In this document: piece after piece, positions 30,586 through 41,633 of the stretch
How positions within the stretch are numbered: the first letter of the stretch is position 1
Layout of the letters: each line of letters starts with the position of its first letter
Origin: an uncultured Gemmatimonadales bacterium
GTDB taxonomy: Bacteria > Gemmatimonadota > Gemmatimonadetes > Gemmatimonadales > Gemmatimonadaceae
DNA: 64,000 bases
NCBI GenBank assembly: GCA_963793305.1
Contig: CAWBZV010000005.1
Location: 1,088,001 to 1,152,000 of the forward strand
Direction of reading: 5' to 3'
The notes under the pieces: generated by a model
Database searches by the model: none
Told to the model about the DNA's origin: nothing
The model's input: the letters and a program-made list of their open reading frames with translations, nothing else
Translations under genes and position numbers: made by a program

Positions 30586-31638
30586 GTGCATCTCCTGCAC
30601 GTCGTCGGCGCACGGCCCAACCTCCCCAAGCTCGCGCCCGTCTACCGGGCAGCGGCGCGCCGGGCCGGTGTCACGCAGACCGTCGTCCATACGGGCCAGC
30701 ACTACGACGACGCGCTGTTTGCGTCGCTGCTCGCGGATCTCGCCCTTCCAGAACCCGATATTAACCTCGGCGTCGGGTCGGCGTCTCACGCCGTGCAGAC
30801 AGCGCGAATACTCGAGCGACTGGAGCCGATTGTGACCAATGCCCGCCCCGACTGGGTCGTCATCTACGGCGATGTCAACTCGACGGCCGCGGCCGCGGTC
30901 GTCGCGGCCAAGCTCGGCATTCGGAGTGCACACGTCGAGGCTGGCCTCCGGAGCGGGGACCGGACAATGCCCGAGGAAATCAATCGGATCGTCGCCGACC
31001 GATTGGCCTCGTTGCTGCTCACACCATCGCGCGATGCCGATGAGACACTGCGTGCGGAAGGCGAGCCCGAGTGCGAGATCGCCTTTGTCGGAAATGTGAT
31101 GATCGACAGCCTCTTCGAAGCCCTACCGCGTGCCAGGACCCTCGCGCACGGGCGAGGCCACGTTCTTGTCACGCTGCATTGCCCGTCGAATGTCGATGAT
31201 CGATCGCGTCTCTCGGCGCTCATGGCCGCCTTGCGCGACGTGGCCGCGGAGCGGCCCGTCGTGTTTCCTGTCCACCCACGAACGCGCGATAGACTCACCC
31301 AATGGGGAATGGAGACGGGCGCAATACGAACCGTGGAGCCCGTCGGTTACTTGGAGATGGTCGCCCTCACGGACGCGGCACACGCCGTGATAACCGATTC
31401 GGGCGGAGTCCAGGAAGAAACGACGGCGCTCGGTGTTCCATGTTTCACCGTGCGCGAGACGACGGAACGACCCATTACTGTCACCTCTGGCACGAACCGC
31501 CTCGTGCAAGACCCAGCGACCTTGCCGGGCCTTGTTCGGGACGCCACTCGTCCACGAGCTTTGCCCGTGATCGAAGGATGGGACGGGTCGGCCGGCGAGC
31601 GGGTAGTAGATGCATTGATCGCCGGTGCCTTGCCATGA
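30586..31638 (+). CDS. wecB: UDP-N-acetylhexosamine 2-epimerase (non-hydrolysing), copy 2
   Basis: Same motif set with YGDVNST and DSGGVQEE; tandem paralogue of the preceding gene. Confidence 0.9.
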   Translation: MHLLHVVGARPNLPKLAPVYRAAARRAGVTQTVVHTGQHYDDALFASLLADLALPEPDINLGVGSASHAVQTARILERLEPIVTNARPDWVVIYGDVNSTAAAAVVAAKLGIRSAHVEAGLRSGDRTMPEEINRIVADRLASLLLTPSRDADETLRAEGEPECEIAFVGNVMIDSLFEALPRARTLAHGRGHVLVTLHCPSNVDDRSRLSALMAALRDVAAERPVVFPVHPRTRDRLTQWGMETGAIRTVEPVGYLEMVALTDAAHAVITDSGGVQEETTALGVPCFTVRETTERPITVTSGTNRLVQDPATLPGLVRDATRPRALPVIEGWDGSAGERVVDALIAGALP

Positions 31639-31708
31639 TCTGCCTGCTCGGTAACATTTTGTTTCTGTCAACATCGCCTGTGACGAACTATCAACAGGGG
31701 TCCGCATT

Positions 31709-33226
31709 GTGACGGCGCCCTCTCGGCGCCGCCCCCGGGTATCCGGTGGCACAGGCGAAGCGCAGGCCGCTCGGGTCTCGACAACCGTCGAGACGAGCCG
31801 GCCATTCCCGATCGTACTGCAAGAGCGCGCACGCATCGCGCGTCGCACGCACGTGGTTCGCGGGATGACGCGGTTCGCGGTCCTGCTCGTTGCCGATGCG
31901 TTCGTGGTCGTGCTGCTCCGCACCCTGTATGGGGAGGCGCGCCAGCTCATCGCGCCGCTCCCGCCGTTGGTCGGCAGCGCATACCCGATGATCGAGTTGA
32001 TCTTCGCCGTCTTCCTCGGCCTCTGGGTATTGGGAACCTACGGCGCGGGCGATCATCGCCGTGACGTGGGGAAAGTGTTCACGGGCGGCGCCGTAGGTGT
32101 CACGCTTGTCGGTTGGGGACCGCTTTGGGCCGCGCCGTCGATCGCGGCGCTGCTCGGTCTCGCTGCCGCGGCGAGTGCGCTCGCGATCGCGCTCGTGCTC
32201 GAGCGGCTCCTCGTCGAAGTCCTCGTCTACCGGGCGCGCGCGCGCGCCGCCCACGCGCCACGCGCCCTGTTGGTCGGTCCGTCTCCCGATGCGCGCAAGG
32301 CGCTCCGCGCATCGCCGTTCACGATCCAATCCGAGTTCCGCGTACTGGGGTACATATCGACGGATTCCCGCGCCCCGGCCGATGCCCTGGGCGGCGTGAG
32401 CGAGTTCGTCGACGTGATGGCGACGCTCGACGTCGACACGGTGATCTTCGCCGGTCACATCGAGGAGACGTTGTTCCACGATCTGCTCACGATCGCCGAT
32501 GCGGCCGGATGCCACGCCTATTCGCTGGCCCGACCCGCGACGCTGACGGGGTACGTCCCCGAGCTCGTGTGGCTGCGCGGCGTACCGCTCGTGCAGCTCA
32601 CGCGGCCCGGGCTCCACGGCCAGCAACTGCTGATCAAGCGGATCGTCGATGTCTCGGTATCCGCGGTGGGTCTCGTCGTCCTCGCGCCGCTGCTCGTGGT
32701 CGTCGGGTTGGCGGTCGGGCTGTCGTCGCCCGGGCCGATTATCTTCCGGCAACGGCGAGTGGGTTCTGGCGGCCGCCAGTTCGACATCTTGAAATTCCGC
32801 AGCATGGTCGACGGCGCGGACGAACAGCGCACCGAGCTGGCGGCGGAAAGCATTTACCAGGACGGGCGGCTCTTCAAGATGCCGCTTGATCCGCGGGTGA
32901 CACCGCTCGGCGCGTTCTTGCGCCGGACGAGTTTCGACGAGCTGCCCCAGCTGTGGAACGTGCTGAAAGGCGAGATGTCGCTCGTCGGCCCGAGACCGCC
33001 GTTGCCATTTGAAGTGGCGTTGTACGAGGAACACCATTATTCGCGGTTCGACATGAAGCCGGGGATCACGGGACCCTGGCAAGTGAACGGGCGGAATCGG
33101 GTGACCGACTTCGATGAGGTCATCCGCCTCGAGACGGCTTACCTGCGCCGTTGGGGCATCTGGAAGGACGTTGCGATCCTGCTACGGACGATCCCGGTCG
33201 TCCTCAAAATGGAAGGTGCGCACTGA
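31709..33226 (+). CDS. Priming polyprenyl glycosylphosphotransferase (WcaJ/CpsE-like sugar transferase)
   Basis: N-terminal TMs; [41 protein letters not shown] and KPGITG.WQV motifs. Confidence 0.93.
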   Translation: MTAPSRRRPRVSGGTGEAQAARVSTTVETSRPFPIVLQERARIARRTHVVRGMTRFAVLLVADAFVVVLLRTLYGEARQLIAPLPPLVGSAYPMIELIFAVFLGLWVLGTYGAGDHRRDVGKVFTGGAVGVTLVGWGPLWAAPSIAALLGLAAAASALAIALVLERLLVEVLVYRARARAAHAPRALLVGPSPDARKALRASPFTIQSEFRVLGYISTDSRAPADALGGVSEFVDVMATLDVDTVIFAGHIEETLFHDLLTIADAAGCHAYSLARPATLTGYVPELVWLRGVPLVQLTRPGLHGQQLLIKRIVDVSVSAVGLVVLAPLLVVVGLAVGLSSPGPIIFRQRRVGSGGRQFDILKFRSMVDGADEQRTELAAESIYQDGRLFKMPLDPRVTPLGAFLRRTSFDELPQLWNVLKGEMSLVGPRPPLPFEVALYEEHHYSRFDMKPGITGPWQVNGRNRVTDFDEVIRLETAYLRRWGIWKDVAILLRTIPVVLKMEGAH

Positions 33227-33236
33227 GGTCTCGGAG

Positions 33237-34322
33237 ATGACGGTGGCGCTGGTAACCGGCGCCGCTGGATTGATTGGCGCGGAGGCGGTGCGCCACTTTC
33301 ACGCGCTCGGTTGGGATGTGGTTGGCATCGACAACGACATGCGGCGGACGTTCTTCGGCGACGAGGCTTCGACCGCGTGGATGGCGGACCGGCTGGTCCG
33401 GGAACTGCCGCGCTACCGGCACGTCTCGATCGACATCCGCGACCAGGATGCGATCGGCGCGGCGGTGAAGCGCATCGGCTCCTCGCTGTCACTCGTGATT
33501 CACGCGGCGGCGCAGCCGTCGCACGACTGGGCCGTGCGCGACCCGATGACCGACTTCAGTGTCAACGCCCAGGGCACACTGGTGATGCTCGAGGCGGTCC
33601 GCCAGCATGCGCCGCGCGCCACGTTCATTTTCACCTCCACGAACAAGGTGTACGGCGACACGCCGAACGGGCTGCCGCTGGTCGAAACCGCGCGGCGGTA
33701 CGAGTTGCCGTCCGATCACGAGTGGTACGGCGGGATTCCCGAGAGCATGAGCATCGACCGTTGCACGCACAGTCTGTTTGGCGTGTCCAAGACGGCGGCG
33801 GACTTGCTCGTGCAGGAATACGCCCGCTATTTCGACATGGCGGCGGTCGTGTTTCGTGGCGGGTGCCTGACGGGTCCCGGCCATTCCGGCACCGAGCTTC
33901 ACGGGTTTCTGGCCTATCTCATGAAGTGCACGGCCACGGGTCGGCCGTACACGGTGTTCGGCTACAAAGGCAAGCAGGTTCGCGACAACATCCATAGCGC
34001 CGATCTGGTGTCCGCCTTCGAGCACGTCGCTCGGCGACCGTGTCCCGGCGCCGTGTACAACATTGGCGGCGGCCGGTCGGTGAATTGCTCGATGCTCGAG
34101 GCGATCGCGCTGAGTGAGGAGATCACGGGACGTGAGCTCCGCTGGACGTACGACGAGCGGAACCGCATCGGGGATCACATCTGGTGGATCGGTGATCTGA
34201 CCGCGTTCCGGAACGATTATCCGGATTGGCGGTTGCGCTACGACGTTCCGGGCATCCTGCGCGAGATCTTCGAGCTCAACCGGGAGCGCTGGGGATCCAC
34301 GGAGCGCGCGCCGGCGGCGTGA
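33237..34322 (+). CDS. NAD-dependent epimerase, CDP-paratose 2-epimerase (RfbE/Tyv)-like
   Basis: [38 protein letters not shown] and R.GDHIWW motifs. Confidence 0.8.
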   Translation: MTVALVTGAAGLIGAEAVRHFHALGWDVVGIDNDMRRTFFGDEASTAWMADRLVRELPRYRHVSIDIRDQDAIGAAVKRIGSSLSLVIHAAAQPSHDWAVRDPMTDFSVNAQGTLVMLEAVRQHAPRATFIFTSTNKVYGDTPNGLPLVETARRYELPSDHEWYGGIPESMSIDRCTHSLFGVSKTAADLLVQEYARYFDMAAVVFRGGCLTGPGHSGTELHGFLAYLMKCTATGRPYTVFGYKGKQVRDNIHSADLVSAFEHVARRPCPGAVYNIGGGRSVNCSMLEAIALSEEITGRELRWTYDERNRIGDHIWWIGDLTAFRNDYPDWRLRYDVPGILREIFELNRERWGSTERAPAA

Positions 34323-35125
34323 TCGATCGCGGCAAGTACAACGTGCTCGGGGTGCGCATCGATGCCCTCGACTACGAGGCGGCCGTCGATCGCATCATCG
34401 GCGCGGCCCGCGAGCGTTGGCCCCTGGCGGTGACCGCGTTGGCCGTGCACGGCGTGATGACCGGCGTCTTGGACCCTGTGCAGCGTTACCGCTTGAACGG
34501 TCTCGACATCGTGACGCCGGATGGCATGCCGGTCCGTTGGGCGCTCAACCTCCTCCATGGGACGCGCCTTCCAGATCGCGTCGCGGGTCCCGTGCTGATG
34601 CTGCGCGTAGCGGCGGCGGCGGCCGAGGCCGGACTGCCCATTTTTCTCTACGGCAGCCGTTCCACGGTGCTGGAGGCTCTGGCGCGCTCGCTCTGCCAAC
34701 GCTTTCCCGATCTCCGGGTCGCCGGGATGACGCCTTCCCGATTTCGGCGACTCACGGCTGCCGAGCGCGATGAGGTCGTTGCGCAGATCCAGGCCAGCGG
34801 GGCGGCGCTCGTTTTTGTCGGACTGGGATGTCCACGCCAAGAGGTGTGGATCTACGAGTATCGCGATCGCCTCGAGATGCCGTTACTGGCGGTCGGAGCT
34901 GCGTTCGACTTCCATGCCGGCACAGTGCCCAGAGCGCCCGCGTCGCTCGAGCGACTCGGATTGGAATGGGCATTCCGTCTCATGCGCGAGCCGCGGCGCC
35001 TCTGGCGGCGCTATCTTTTTCTCAATCCCGCCTACCTGTGGCTGCTGGCGCTTCAGGCCTCGAGACTGCGCCGGTTCGACCCCTCGGACAGTACGCCTCC
35101 ATCGGGAGAGCTGCTCAACGGTTGA
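34319..35125 (+). CDS. WecG/TagA/CpsF family (GT26) glycosyltransferase
   Basis: [27 protein letters not shown] and [17 protein letters not shown] motifs. Confidence 0.93.
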   Translation: MIDRGKYNVLGVRIDALDYEAAVDRIIGAARERWPLAVTALAVHGVMTGVLDPVQRYRLNGLDIVTPDGMPVRWALNLLHGTRLPDRVAGPVLMLRVAAAAAEAGLPIFLYGSRSTVLEALARSLCQRFPDLRVAGMTPSRFRRLTAAERDEVVAQIQASGAALVFVGLGCPRQEVWIYEYRDRLEMPLLAVGAAFDFHAGTVPRAPASLERLGLEWAFRLMREPRRLWRRYLFLNPAYLWLLALQASRLRRFDPSDSTPPSGELLNG

Positions 35126-35126
35126 A

Positions 35127-36236
35127 TCAGTCGACGGCTCGGGCGTACGCGTCCAGAGTGCGCCGAGCTACGTGCCCCCAATCGAACGTTGCCGCGCGGA
35201 TCCTTCCGCGACAGCGCATCGTCTCGCGGAGCTGGGCATCGCCCCAGGTGCGCCGTACCCCATCGGCGATCGCGTCCACGGACATCGGGTCGACGAGAAT
35301 CGCCGCGCCGCCGGCGACCTCGGGGAGCGACGAGACATTGGAGGTCACGACCGGACAGCCGACCGACATTGCTTCGAGCACCGGAAGGCCGAAGCCCTCG
35401 TAGATCGAGGGATAGGCGAGCAGGGTGGCGGCGGCATACAGGGCAGGGAGATCAGCCCGGGGGACGTAGCCCAAGAATCTCACGGCCGGTGTGAGCTGCA
35501 ACTCGGCGATGAGCCGCGGCACGTCGTCCGACATCCAGCCCGCCGGACCCGCGTGCACGAGCGTGATGTCCTTCGTCTCGTTCTCACTCCGCAGTTGGTA
35601 CACGGCGCGCAGCAGGCGGGGAAGGTTTTTGCGTGGCTCGGTTGCCCCAACGGTCAGGACGAACCGCTCCGGCAACCTGAGCCGTCGTCGTACTTCCTCG
35701 ACCCGCGCGCCGTCCGGCGGACCCGCGGCGAATTCGGGATCCACGCCGGCGGACACTGTCAGCACGCGGTCGTCCTCGAGGTGAAACCGTTCGAGGATTT
35801 CGGCGCGCGATGCTTCGGACGACGTGACGACCATGCGCGCCGCCGCCAGTGACTTGGGCAGCATCACTCGGACGTAGTTCCGCGCCCATGATCTGAAAAA
35901 TTCTGGGAAGCGGAGCATGATAATGTCGTGCACGGTCAGGACGACGGGCAGCGATGGTCGCGCCGGTCCGAACCCGCCATTCGGGATATGCAGAACGTCG
36001 GCGCCGGAACGGCGCGCGGCTCGCTCCACACCGTACGGCCACCAGTACAGATCGCGGACCGGCGACACGGCGCGCATGAGCAGGCGAGGGGCATCGTGCG
36101 GCGGTTGGATCGCGAACGCGATCGGCCGGAACTGATCGCCAAGCAGTGGGGCGAGCGTCGTCGCGACGCGAGCGGCGTACGTGCCGATGCCGGCGCCGCT
36201 CACGGACGCGATGGTCATGTCGTATGCAACGCGCAT
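35127..36236 (-). CDS. GT4 glycosyltransferase (mannosyltransferase-like)
   Basis: GIGTY, TVHD, EPRKNL and PSIYEGFGLPVLEAM motifs. Confidence 0.9.
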   Translation of the reverse strand: MRVAYDMTIASVSGAGIGTYAARVATTLAPLLGDQFRPIAFAIQPPHDAPRLLMRAVSPVRDLYWWPYGVERAARRSGADVLHIPNGGFGPARPSLPVVLTVHDIIMLRFPEFFRSWARNYVRVMLPKSLAAARMVVTSSEASRAEILERFHLEDDRVLTVSAGVDPEFAAGPPDGARVEEVRRRLRLPERFVLTVGATEPRKNLPRLLRAVYQLRSENETKDITLVHAGPAGWMSDDVPRLIAELQLTPAVRFLGYVPRADLPALYAAATLLAYPSIYEGFGLPVLEAMSVGCPVVTSNVSSLPEVAGGAAILVDPMSVDAIADGVRRTWGDAQLRETMRCRGRIRAATFDWGHVARRTLDAYARAVD

Positions 36237-36241
36237 CGCCC

Positions 36242-37276
36242 TCACCGCATCATCGCGGCGACACCGATGCGATCCAAGGCATCGAGGACCTCGCTCAACT
36301 CGATTCGGTCGATGCACGGGGCCGCCGGTGTGACGCACCGCCGCTCGAAGCATGGGTGGCAGGGGAGGCCGATGCTCCGGCAGACGGTGACGGAATGCGC
36401 GCGAAACGTCCCGAAACGCTGTGGGTCCGTGGGCCCGTTGAGTAGCACACAGGGGATGTCCAGCGCTTCGGCGATGTGCAGGGCGGCGCTATTGTTGCAC
36501 ACCACCGCGGACGCCCCGGCGATGAGCGCATACAGGGCCGCCGTCGACGGGAATTGTGCTTCCGGCGCCGACGTGCTGGCCCGCCCGATCGCGTCGATCG
36601 TGGCGCGATCATTCGAACCGCCGACCACCATCACGCGGTGTCCCGCGTCCTGGAGGCGATCGGCGAGCGATGCGATCTTCCGCGGGCTCCACTGCTTGAA
36701 TTCCCAACTCGCGCCGGGGTGCAGAATGACATAGGGGCCTCGCGCGTCGCGATACGGAACGACATCCGCGAGCTGCGGGGTCTCGGTGAGTGTCGTACCG
36801 CTCCACTGACTGACGAGGTGGACGTACTCCTGATACCGATGCAGACCCGGCGGGCATTCGAACACGCGCACGCCCGGCAGGGTGCGGAAACGCAAGCGCA
36901 GATCCGCTACGCGGCGGCAGGTCGAGCGGAAGAATGCCTCCTCGCGGGGATCGCCGCGAAAGAGCAGCGTCGTGTCGGCATTGAACGCCCGGAGGGCGCG
37001 CCACGCGCGGTAGACCTCACCGTAGTCAATCGTCCAGGGCAGGTACTTGTCCCGGGCCAGCCGCCCTCGCGTCCAGAAAGGCGCAAAGGGCACGTGGATG
37101 TCGTAGTCGCCGCTACGCACGAGAGGATCGCTGAATCGTGGATCGGACACGAGCGCGATCTCGGCGTCCGGCCGCGCCTTGCGCAGCGAGCGGAGTCCCG
37201 CCGTCGCAAGGACCGAGTCACCGAAGCGCCAGAGCTCAACGAATGCGATGCGCTCGCGGCGCCTCGATCGCTTCAC
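36242..37276 (-). CDS. GT9 (heptosyltransferase-like) glycosyltransferase
   Basis: FGDSV, LHPGASWEFKQW, NNSAALHIA and GPTDP motifs; CxPC...C tail. Confidence 0.85.
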   Translation of the reverse strand: MKRSRRRERIAFVELWRFGDSVLATAGLRSLRKARPDAEIALVSDPRFSDPLVRSGDYDIHVPFAPFWTRGRLARDKYLPWTIDYGEVYRAWRALRAFNADTTLLFRGDPREEAFFRSTCRRVADLRLRFRTLPGVRVFECPPGLHRYQEYVHLVSQWSGTTLTETPQLADVVPYRDARGPYVILHPGASWEFKQWSPRKIASLADRLQDAGHRVMVVGGSNDRATIDAIGRASTSAPEAQFPSTAALYALIAGASAVVCNNSAALHIAEALDIPCVLLNGPTDPQRFGTFRAHSVTVCRSIGLPCHPCFERRCVTPAAPCIDRIELSEVLDALDRIGVAAMMR

Positions 37277-37315
37277 GTGGTGGTGTCTCTCGTATTCGAA
37301 GAGGGATGTTCGTGA

Positions 37316-37389
37316 TGGTCGCGCAGGGACTCGAACCCCGGACCTCTGGTATGTGAGACCAGCGCTCTAACCAGCTGAGCTACGCGACC
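37316..37389 (-). tRNA. tRNA-Val(CAC), CCA not encoded
   Basis: Minus strand GGTCGCG TAGCTCAGCTGGTTAGAGC G CTGGT CTCACAT ACCAG AGGTC CGGGGTTCGAGTCCCTG CGCGACC A gives a full cloverleaf with anticodon CAC. Confidence 0.95.
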
Positions 37390-37517
37390 GACTAACTCAA
37401 ACCTGCGCAGGCGGCGCGAGGCCTGCGACTCGGCACACAAGTTTAACCTCCGGCCCGCGACACGGCCAGGCCAGGGTTGATACGAGACCACCCCTGTACC
37501 ACATTGCCGCTGCGCGC

Positions 37518-38201
37518 ATGGACACAGTGGGAGTGCCTCCGACGATGCGGACCAATCAGCCGCGACGAAATCTGCACGAGATGATCGTGCCGATCATGCG
37601 TCGGTTCCGGCGAGCGCGAATGGTCGAATTCGCCGCGGCGGTGCATCTCACGCCGCGCACGCGGGTATTGGACGTGGGCGGAACTCCTTTCAACTGGGAA
37701 CTGTGTCCGGTGCGCCCCCGCGTGACCTTGCTCAATATCGAGCTGCCCGATTACGAGAAGCCGCCCGACATGACGTACTTGCAGGGCGATGGGTGCGCGC
37801 TGGATTTCGAGGATGGCGCGTTCGACGTTGTGTACTCGAACAGCGTCATCGAGCACGTGGGGAGCCTCGAGCGGCAGCGGCAATTTGCCGCCGAATGCGC
37901 GCGGGTTGGGCGATCGTACTACGTCCAAACGCCAAACCGCTGGTTTCCGGTCGAGCCCCATCTGGTGACGCCGTTCTTCCATTTTCTGCCGCGCGGCTGG
38001 CAAAGCCCACTCGTGCGAAACTTCTCACTGTGGGGTCTGGTCAACCGGCCTGACCGCTCCGCCCGGGCGTGGTACGAGGACGTACGCCTGATGACGAAGC
38101 GTGAGGTGCGAGCCCTCTTTCCCGACGCGCGCATCATCGCCGAACGAGTGTTCGGTCTGGCGAAATCGTACACCGCCGTGCGCGTCGCGCTGCCCGCGTG
38201 A
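37518..38201 (+). CDS. Class I SAM-dependent methyltransferase
   Basis: VLDVGG, GDGC.L.F.D..FDVVYSNSVIEHV and QTPNRWFPVEPH motifs. Putative promoter TTGATA-N17-CACATT at 37477-37505. Confidence 0.85.
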   Translation: MDTVGVPPTMRTNQPRRNLHEMIVPIMRRFRRARMVEFAAAVHLTPRTRVLDVGGTPFNWELCPVRPRVTLLNIELPDYEKPPDMTYLQGDGCALDFEDGAFDVVYSNSVIEHVGSLERQRQFAAECARVGRSYYVQTPNRWFPVEPHLVTPFFHFLPRGWQSPLVRNFSLWGLVNRPDRSARAWYEDVRLMTKREVRALFPDARIIAERVFGLAKSYTAVRVALPA

Positions 38202-38245
38202 TGAGGATTGAGCGGCCGCGGTTCGCCTGCCACATTCCGTCTGCC

Positions 38246-39851
38246 ATGAGAGTCATGCATCCACGCGGCGCCGTGGTCATCGCGCTGCTCGTCGCGGCCG
38301 GCGCGATGGCGGTTCCCGCGCAAGCGCAAGGGTCGGCCGATCTCCCGCTCGACGACAACGCGTACTACTACATTGACGCGTTGCTGGCTCGCGGGGCGTT
38401 GCGGTCGTTGTCGGCGCTCGACCGGCCGTACAAGGTGCACGACGTTTGGGCGTTGCTCGATCGCGACAGCATCGCGCGCTCGAGCCCGATGATGCGCAGC
38501 TTCACGCGCGCACTCCGGGTGTCGATGCGGAAGTACGACCCGCGCGCCGACCGGCCCACGCCCCGCGACAGCACGCGAACCGTGATGCGGTACCAGGTCG
38601 GAGGCGACGTGTACGCGACCGGTCAGACCTCCGGCATTCGCGAGCTCATGCTGGGGGACGGGCACGCGGCCCTCGATCCGGCGTTCGAACGTCCGCGCAG
38701 TGGCTGAAGGCGGACCGCTGACGATCGCCTTCCGCGGCGGCATCGATCGGCGACTGATGGATGACCCGGAGTACTGGCACCCGAACTCGTTCCTGCAGCA
38801 GGCCAACGACTTCCGACTCACGGACGGCTACATCGATGCCCGCTGGCGCTTTGGTGAGATCTTCATCGGTCGCGAAGCCCGGAACTGGGGACCCGAGGCG
38901 CTCGATGGCCTCCTCCTGGGCCACTACACGTATACCTACGATCAGTTCTACGCGTTGATCGGCGTGCGCGACCTCCACTATCAGATCATCGCGACGCGAT
39001 TGAACAACGAGTTCGTGCCGCCCGATACCGTCGCGCAGCGGTACTTCACGATTCACCGTCTGGCCGCGCGCATCGGGCCGGCCGAGTTCGCCGCCCAGGA
39101 AGCCGTCGTGTACGGCGGACCGGGTCGTGGATTCGAGCCGTCGTTCCTGAGTCCCGTGAATCTCTTCACGTTCTCCCAACTCAACGACGACCTGGACGCC
39201 ACCAAGAAGCTGTCGGCGCAAGCCGCGGTGCGCACGCGGTCGGCTGGAACGTACGCTGCCGAGGTGTACCTGAATGACATTCAGACGGGGGGCTGCAATC
39301 CGGCGGTGCTGTGCAAGAAACCGATCAGCGGTGGATGGACGCTGACGGCCGAGGGCATACCGTTCATCGGCGAGCAGCGGTTGTTCGCGTCGTACACCCT
39401 CGTCTCCTTCCTCGACTACCGGACCGATACGCCCTGGGAGCAGTATGACTACAACTACATCGGCCTCGGTCGCGGGTTCTCCGACTACGATGAGTGGCGG
39501 GCCGGCGTGGATCTCGCCGTGCTGCCGGGTGTCCCGCTCAAGGTGTACGGCGCCTATCGCCGGCAGGGCGAGGGCGACTACCGTATCCCGGTCCCGCCCC
39601 CCGATTCATTCCCCCTCATCCCGGCGTTCCTGTTCGGTACCGTGGAGCACGTGTATCGTGTGGGCGTGACCGGCGCCGCGTCGTTTCGCTGGCTCGACGT
39701 GTCGGGTGACGTCGGCGTCAACCACGTAACGAACTACAATCACGTCTCGGGAGTCTCGCACAACGACCTGGCGGCCCGGGTCCAGGTGATGCTCGTCTGG
39801 GCGCGCATCTTCGGCGGGGCCCTATCCACCGGACGGGACGATGCGCGGTAG
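38246..39851 (+). CDS. Outer-membrane beta-barrel, capsule assembly Wzi-like; frameshift at ~38688
   Basis: Signal peptide (..AQA|QG), L.RPY, GR..RNWGP, HRL and EAVVYGG motifs; aromatic-rich beta strands. Confidence 0.65.
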
Positions 39852-39860
39852 CGCCCGGCC

Positions 39861-41066
39861 ATGACCCGCGTGCTCATCGTCGGCGGTGGGATCGTCGGCC
39901 TCTCCGCTGCCTACCAGCTCACGGAGCAGCATCCCAACGTCGAACCGATCGTGCTCGAGAAGGAAGATGCCGTGGCGCGGCATCAGAGCGGTCGCAATAG
40001 CGGCGTGCTGCACGCCGGCCTCTACTACGCTCCGGGATCGGCGAAGGCGCGTCTGGCGGTCGCCGGCATCCGCGAGATGACGGCGTTCTGCGGCCGGCAC
40101 GACATACCGCACACGATCTGCGGGAAATTGGTCGTGGCCACATCGGCGGACGAGGTGCCGCGGCTCCGGGCGCTCCTCGAGCGCGGCACGCGCAACGGAT
40201 TGCGTGGTCTGCGCTGGCTGACGGCCGAAGAGGCACGCGCGATCGAGCCGGCGGTCGCCGCGGTGGCGGCCGTGCATGTGCCCGAAGAGGGAATCGTCGA
40301 CTACCCCCGCGTCGCTCGAGCGCTCGCCGACGCGGTGCGCTCGGGCGGTGGCCGGGTCGTCTGCGGCGCCCGTGTCGACTCTTTGCGCGCGACGACCGGC
40401 GGGTGGGTCGCCGAGACGTCCGCCGGGGCGTTCGAGGGCGACGTGCTCGTGAATTGCGCCGGGCTGCAGGCCGATCGGATCGCCGCGTTGAGCGGCGCGC
40501 GTTTGGACGTGCGCATTGTCCCTTTCCGTGGTGAGTACTACCTGCTGCGACCCGACCGCGAGCACCTCGTGCGATCGCTGATTTATCCCGTTCCCGACCC
40601 TGCATTCCCGTTTCTTGGCGTACATTTCACGCGCCGGATCAACGGCGGTGTCGAAGCCGGGCCGAATGCCGTGCTGGCACTCGCGCGCGAGGGCTACGAC
40701 CGGCCGCGGTTCGATCTGCGCGATGCGCTGTCGGCACTGGCGTTCCCGGGCCTCTGGCGGTTCGTCGCGCGCTATCCCCGCGTGTGCGCCGAAGAGCTCC
40801 GTCGCTCCTCGAGCCGCCGTCTGTTCGCCGCATCGCTGGCCCGGCTCGTCCCCGAGGTCGAGCCCGACGATCTGCTCCCGGGCGGCGTCGGCATCCGCGC
40901 CCAAGCCATGCGGCGGGATGGCACGCTCGTCGAGGATTTTCATTTTGTCGCCCAGCCGCGCGCGCTGCACGTCATCAACGCCCCAAGCCCGGGTGCGACC
41001 GCGTCGCTGGCCATTGGCCGGGAGATCGTCATGCATGTTCGTCCCGCGCTGACACGCGCCGCCTGA
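39861..41066 (+). CDS. lhgO: L-2-hydroxyglutarate oxidase (FAD-dependent)
   Basis: GGGIVG, HQSGRNSGVLHAGLYY, PFRGEYY, YPVPDP.FPFLGVHFT, GIRAQA and NAPSPGATASL motifs. Confidence 0.9.
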   Translation: MTRVLIVGGGIVGLSAAYQLTEQHPNVEPIVLEKEDAVARHQSGRNSGVLHAGLYYAPGSAKARLAVAGIREMTAFCGRHDIPHTICGKLVVATSADEVPRLRALLERGTRNGLRGLRWLTAEEARAIEPAVAAVAAVHVPEEGIVDYPRVARALADAVRSGGGRVVCGARVDSLRATTGGWVAETSAGAFEGDVLVNCAGLQADRIAALSGARLDVRIVPFRGEYYLLRPDREHLVRSLIYPVPDPAFPFLGVHFTRRINGGVEAGPNAVLALAREGYDRPRFDLRDALSALAFPGLWRFVARYPRVCAEELRRSSSRRLFAASLARLVPEVEPDDLLPGGVGIRAQAMRRDGTLVEDFHFVAQPRALHVINAPSPGATASLAIGREIVMHVRPALTRAA

Positions 41067-41633
41067 TGAAAATATCTGTCGAGCCGACCACGATCGCCGA
41101 CGTGGTGCTGATCAAACCCGAGGTCTTTCGTGATCCGCGCGGCTTCTTCACTGAAGTGTTCCGCGAGGAACGTCTTCGCCGCCGCCGGGTTGCCGACCCG
41201 GTTCGTCCAGCTGAATCACTCGCGCTCGGCCCGCAATGTCGTGCGGGGGCTCCATGTCCAGTGGGATCCCCCCATGGGCAAGCTGATGCGAGTCACCCAC
41301 GGTGCCGCCTTCCTGGTGGCCGTCGATCTCCGCAAGCGATCACCAACACTCGGACAGTGGGTGGCGGCCACGGTGTCGGCGGACGATATGACTCAGGTCT
41401 GGGCACCGGCAGGGTTCGCGCGGGGCTTCTGCGTCCTCAGCGATTTCGCCGAGATACAGTATTTGTGTACGGGCACGTACAATTCTGAGGGGGAAGGCGG
41501 GATCCGGTGGGATGACCCCGCGCTCGGTATCCCCTGGCCGACGGCGACACCAATCTTGTCGGCCAAGGATACGCGGGCACCGTCGCTCGAGGAGTGGCTC
41601 GCGACGCCACAGTCTAACCATTTTCAGTCATGA
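41066..41633 (+). CDS. rmlC: dTDP-4-dehydrorhamnose 3,5-epimerase, frameshift at ~41169
   Basis: F.DPRGFF.E, VQ.NHS.S, RGLH.Q, VAVDLR..SPT, P.GFARGF and WDDP..GI.WP motifs. Confidence 0.9.
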
